From Craspedostauros australis (Eukaryota), in the NCBI GenBank assembly GCA_030167865.1, contig JALAGF010001278.1, forward strand, positions 45,052 to 65,051: 20,000 bases of DNA, in the 5' to 3' direction. Position numbers and translations under genes: made by a program. The notes beneath the pieces are model-generated. The model did no database searches and had not been told where the DNA came from. It worked only from the letters and a program-made list of their open reading frames with translations. Of this stretch, positions 17,227 to 20,000 are shown in pieces (within the stretch, counting starts at the first letter, position 1; each line of letters begins with the position of its first letter).

Positions 17227-20000
17227 ATGTCTCTCCGATATCTTGCATCAACTTCCAACGGTGATCACCATGCCAACGGCACCATGGCCAAGCCAATGAC
17301 TGGCACGGAGGATCGGTTCAGCAGCACAACTGACACCGTCACCGTCACCAGCAGCGCCAACAGCAGCGACTCCAAGCCGAGCCTGTCTTCCTCCAGTCAA
17401 CGTGACCAGCGGGAGATGTCTTCGTTCGGATCGGAGCCGCAAGGGACCAGGACCTCCCAAGTCACCGCAAGCGTGACACTCGAATCTGACCGTCCATTCA
17501 TCACCACCAGGACCGACCACGTGAAAGCCATGTCCAAGATGGCAGAGCTGTCGCAGGACAAGCTCAACTTCTCTCGCTTGGGCTTGATCGGCAGGGACTG
17601 CGAGCAACGGGTGCTGCATCGTGCGTTTGGCCAAGTCATCAAGGCATTCCAACAATCAAGACACGCAGCTTCAGCCCGAGCGACTCTATCCAAGCCATGG
17701 GCCTCCGCATCTGACATGGGGCCCACTCCTGTGAGACACTCCGATGATCAATCTCTCGACGCACACGATGGAGACAACAACCCATTGACAACATCCGAAA
17801 TCAAGCCAGATGGCAAGGGCATCCGATCGTTCGTATCCATCTCCGGACTTTCGGGAACCGGCAAGTCCGCCCTGGCCGCCAGCCTGTGCTCCAAATGCAT
17901 CGCTCATCGTGCATTCTACGTCGTGGGGAAGTTCGATCTGAAGCAGATGGAGGAACCATTCTCCGGCTTCAAGACGGCCATGGTCAATCTCTGCTACCAG
18001 ATCCAAAAACTGCCAAGGCGAAAGAACCAGCAGCCCAATGGACGCCCCAATACCACAGAGAGCAAGAGGTCATCGTTCGCCGATCAGGATCCGCGATGCT
18101 TCGAGGATCTTCGTGACCAGATCATCGACTGTCTCGATCACCAGGAGCTCCAGATCCTCTCCAAGCTCATTCCCAACATCGTGGACGTCGTTGGAAGCGA
18201 TGCTCTGTTCGCCAATGGAGCTGAGGACGAAGATGGCGATGCCAGCGAAAATGGCAATGCCGATGCCGATGGCGACAGTGATGGCGATCATCATGCCACC
18301 CCCAAGCTCCAACACAAGCACAAGCTCCAACACAAGCACAAGCACCAAGACAAGCGACAGAAGCAACAGGATCAGACTGGTGGCTTCCGAGAGCAAGCCG
18401 ATCGATTGAAGTTCGCATTCCGAAACTTCATCCGAGCGGTGTGCAGCTACTGCCCGTTGGTATGGGTGTCGGATGATGTACAGTGGGCTGACAAGGCATC
18501 GCTTGACATGATGGAATCATGGATGCTGGACACCGACATCGCATCGCTCATGGTGGTGGCCTGCTACCGTTCCAACCTCGTGGAGCAAACCGAGACCAAC
18601 CTGTGCCAGCTCATGCTAAAGTCCATCGAGCGTGCCAAGCGCGAGCGAGGAATCCGAGTCGTCGGCATCGAAGTTGGCAACCTCCTCGTGGACTACGTCC
18701 ATGCCATGCTTGTGGAGCTGCTGGGAGGCTGCGACACCCGACTGGACGAGAGCCAAGAGCTGGCAGAGATTGTGCACAGGAAGACGGACGGCAACGTCTT
18801 CTTCGTGCAGCAGTTCTTGCGACTCCTGGTGGATCAAGACTTGCTGAGCTACAACTTCGGCATCGGGCAGTGGAGATGGGATTGCATCGAGATCCAGAAG
18901 AGCACGCCAGCCACCATGAACGTGGTTGAGCTCATGAAGCTGAAGCTCCAACAGATCAGCAATGCCCGGTACGTGCTGCCGCTCGCAGCGTGCCTTGGGT
19001 CGACATTCTCGTGGTCGCTGCTGCGACACGTCATGAATGGATTCCGCAAGTCCAGCGATGACCAAGAGTTCTACAGGAGCGTGTTCGGAGGTCTACCACC
19101 CAACGATGACTCCATGACGGTGCAAATCCTCCTCACCTGCCAAGATGAAGGGTTGATCGACGCCCATTCCGTGGAGCCAGACATGCTTGATATGCATGAT
19201 GACGGGCTCGCCACGGATGGATGTGCCACGGCCATGCCTATGCCCATCCCAACCGAATACTCCTTCATCCATGACAAGGTCCAAGAGTCGTCGATGGACA
19301 TGATCCCCGATGACAAGCTGTCAGAGCTGCAGTTCCGTCTTGGCACCATCCTCGTGGACGAGCTATCGCCAAAGGAGCTGGACCAATCCATTTTCATCGT
19401 CGTGAATCTCCTGAATGTGAGATTGGATCTGGTCCCGCTCTACCCACCTCAGACCTCCATCGAGTCATGCCAACGGTTCCTCGTCGCCAAGCTCAACCAC
19501 TCCGCGGGATCCAAGGCCGTCTCTTCCGCGGCCTTCCGTTCTGCGTACAGATACTTCCAAGCTGCCATCGATCTACTGCCCGAAGGCCACTGGCAGAACT
19601 ACTACGAGATGAGCTTGGACCTTTACGCATCGGCCATGGAATGCGCGTTCGTCACCTTTGATCATTCGAAGGTGCAGGAATACGGCCGCGCCATCACCAA
19701 CCTCGACTGCCCCATCCTCGACAAGATGCGAGCCTACCACGTCCTGATGGATGCCAACCTGGGCAGCTCCGACTTCGAGCAGGCCAGCGACGCTACCAGG
19801 CTGGGTCGGGAGGTGCTGTCGCAGTTCGGGTGCAAGTTCCCAACTAGCAAGGTCGTGATGACGGCCAGCACTCTGTACGGTCTGATGAAGATGAAGGCCT
19901 CGGTCAAATCCTGGACGGCGCATGCGATAGATGCCCTGCCCGATGCTATCGATGCAGAGGAGACTGCGATCATGAAGGCGCTCGACAAGTTCACCACATG
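17227..20000 (+). CDS. Large STAND-class P-loop ATPase (AAA_16 / COG3899-like) with winged-helix and helical-repeat (TPR-like) region; 3' partial
   Basis: Absent from the ORF track because there is no stop in the window. The frame is open from after the TAA at 17173-17175 to the end, with first ATG at 17227. Motifs: LIGRDCEQRVL (IGR.E), Walker A ISGLSGTGKS (GLSGTGKS at 17845-17868), YVVGKFD...EPFS, Walker B LVWVSDDVQWAD (18457-18492), sensor VVACYRSN, HRKTDGNVFFVQQFL, LAACLGSTFS, YSFIHDKVQE, then KAVSSAAFRSAYRYF...W...YEMSLDLY. Confidence 0.9.
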   Translation, partial: MSLRYLASTSNGDHHANGTMAKPMTGTEDRFSSTTDTVTVTSSANSSDSKPSLSSSSQRDQREMSSFGSEPQGTRTSQVTASVTLESDRPFITTRTDHVKAMSKMAELSQDKLNFSRLGLIGRDCEQRVLHRAFGQVIKAFQQSRHAASARATLSKPWASASDMGPTPVRHSDDQSLDAHDGDNNPLTTSEIKPDGKGIRSFVSISGLSGTGKSALAASLCSKCIAHRAFYVVGKFDLKQMEEPFSGFKTAMVNLCYQIQKLPRRKNQQPNGRPNTTESKRSSFADQDPRCFEDLRDQIIDCLDHQELQILSKLIPNIVDVVGSDALFANGAEDEDGDASENGNADADGDSDGDHHATPKLQHKHKLQHKHKHQDKRQKQQDQTGGFREQADRLKFAFRNFIRAVCSYCPLVWVSDDVQWADKASLDMMESWMLDTDIASLMVVACYRSNLVEQTETNLCQLMLKSIERAKRERGIRVVGIEVGNLLVDYVHAMLVELLGGCDTRLDESQELAEIVHRKTDGNVFFVQQFLRLLVDQDLLSYNFGIGQWRWDCIEIQKSTPATMNVVELMKLKLQQISNARYVLPLAACLGSTFSWSLLRHVMNGFRKSSDDQEFYRSVFGGLPPNDDSMTVQILLTCQDEGLIDAHSVEPDMLDMHDDGLATDGCATAMPMPIPTEYSFIHDKVQESSMDMIPDDKLSELQFRLGTILVDELSPKELDQSIFIVVNLLNVRLDLVPLYPPQTSIESCQRFLVAKLNHSAGSKAVSSAAFRSAYRYFQAAIDLLPEGHWQNYYEMSLDLYASAMECAFVTFDHSKVQEYGRAITNLDCPILDKMRAYHVLMDANLGSSDFEQASDATRLGREVLSQFGCKFPTSKVVMTASTLYGLMKMKASVKSWTAHAIDALPDAIDAEETAIMKALDKFTT
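18304..18345 (+). repeat. 18-bp tandem duplication within the ATPase insert (KLQHKH x2)
   Basis: aagctccaacacaagcac occurs twice, followed by aagcac. Confidence 0.85.

Noticed and set aside
17248-19997. Many short track ORFs on both strands
   Set aside because: All overlap the continuous STAND ATPase frame and are better explained as shadows.

Overview
Eukaryotic genomic DNA, most likely from a diatom or related stramenopile. This is inferred from GT-AG introns, CA-rich leaders, a silaffin-like RXL/KxxK protein and a COG3899-type STAND ATPase. Seven protein-coding genes are supported: (1) a disordered tail-anchored protein (1096-2730); (2) a multi-pass membrane protein of unknown function (3334-4773); (3) a two-exon secreted, probably GPI-anchored endonuclease I/Bsn-family nuclease with altered active-site residues (5788-7682); (4) an RNF5/RNF185-like RING E3 ligase (8527-10086); (5) a two-exon secreted protein combining silaffin-like KxxK clusters with a ricin-B-like domain (11029-12487); (6) a minus-strand protein with a Tubby-C/LURP-like C-terminus (13008-14714); (7) a large STAND/AAA_16 ATPase absent from the ORF track because it runs off the right edge (17227->20000). 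No RNA genes, mobile elements or CRISPR arrays were found, and there is no evidence that the genes form one system. The most notable items are the silaffin-lectin chimera, the nuclease with substituted metal ligands, the NLR-like STAND protein and LIR/FFAT-like motifs in the tail-anchored protein. All family calls are by-eye motif recognition; no searches were run.
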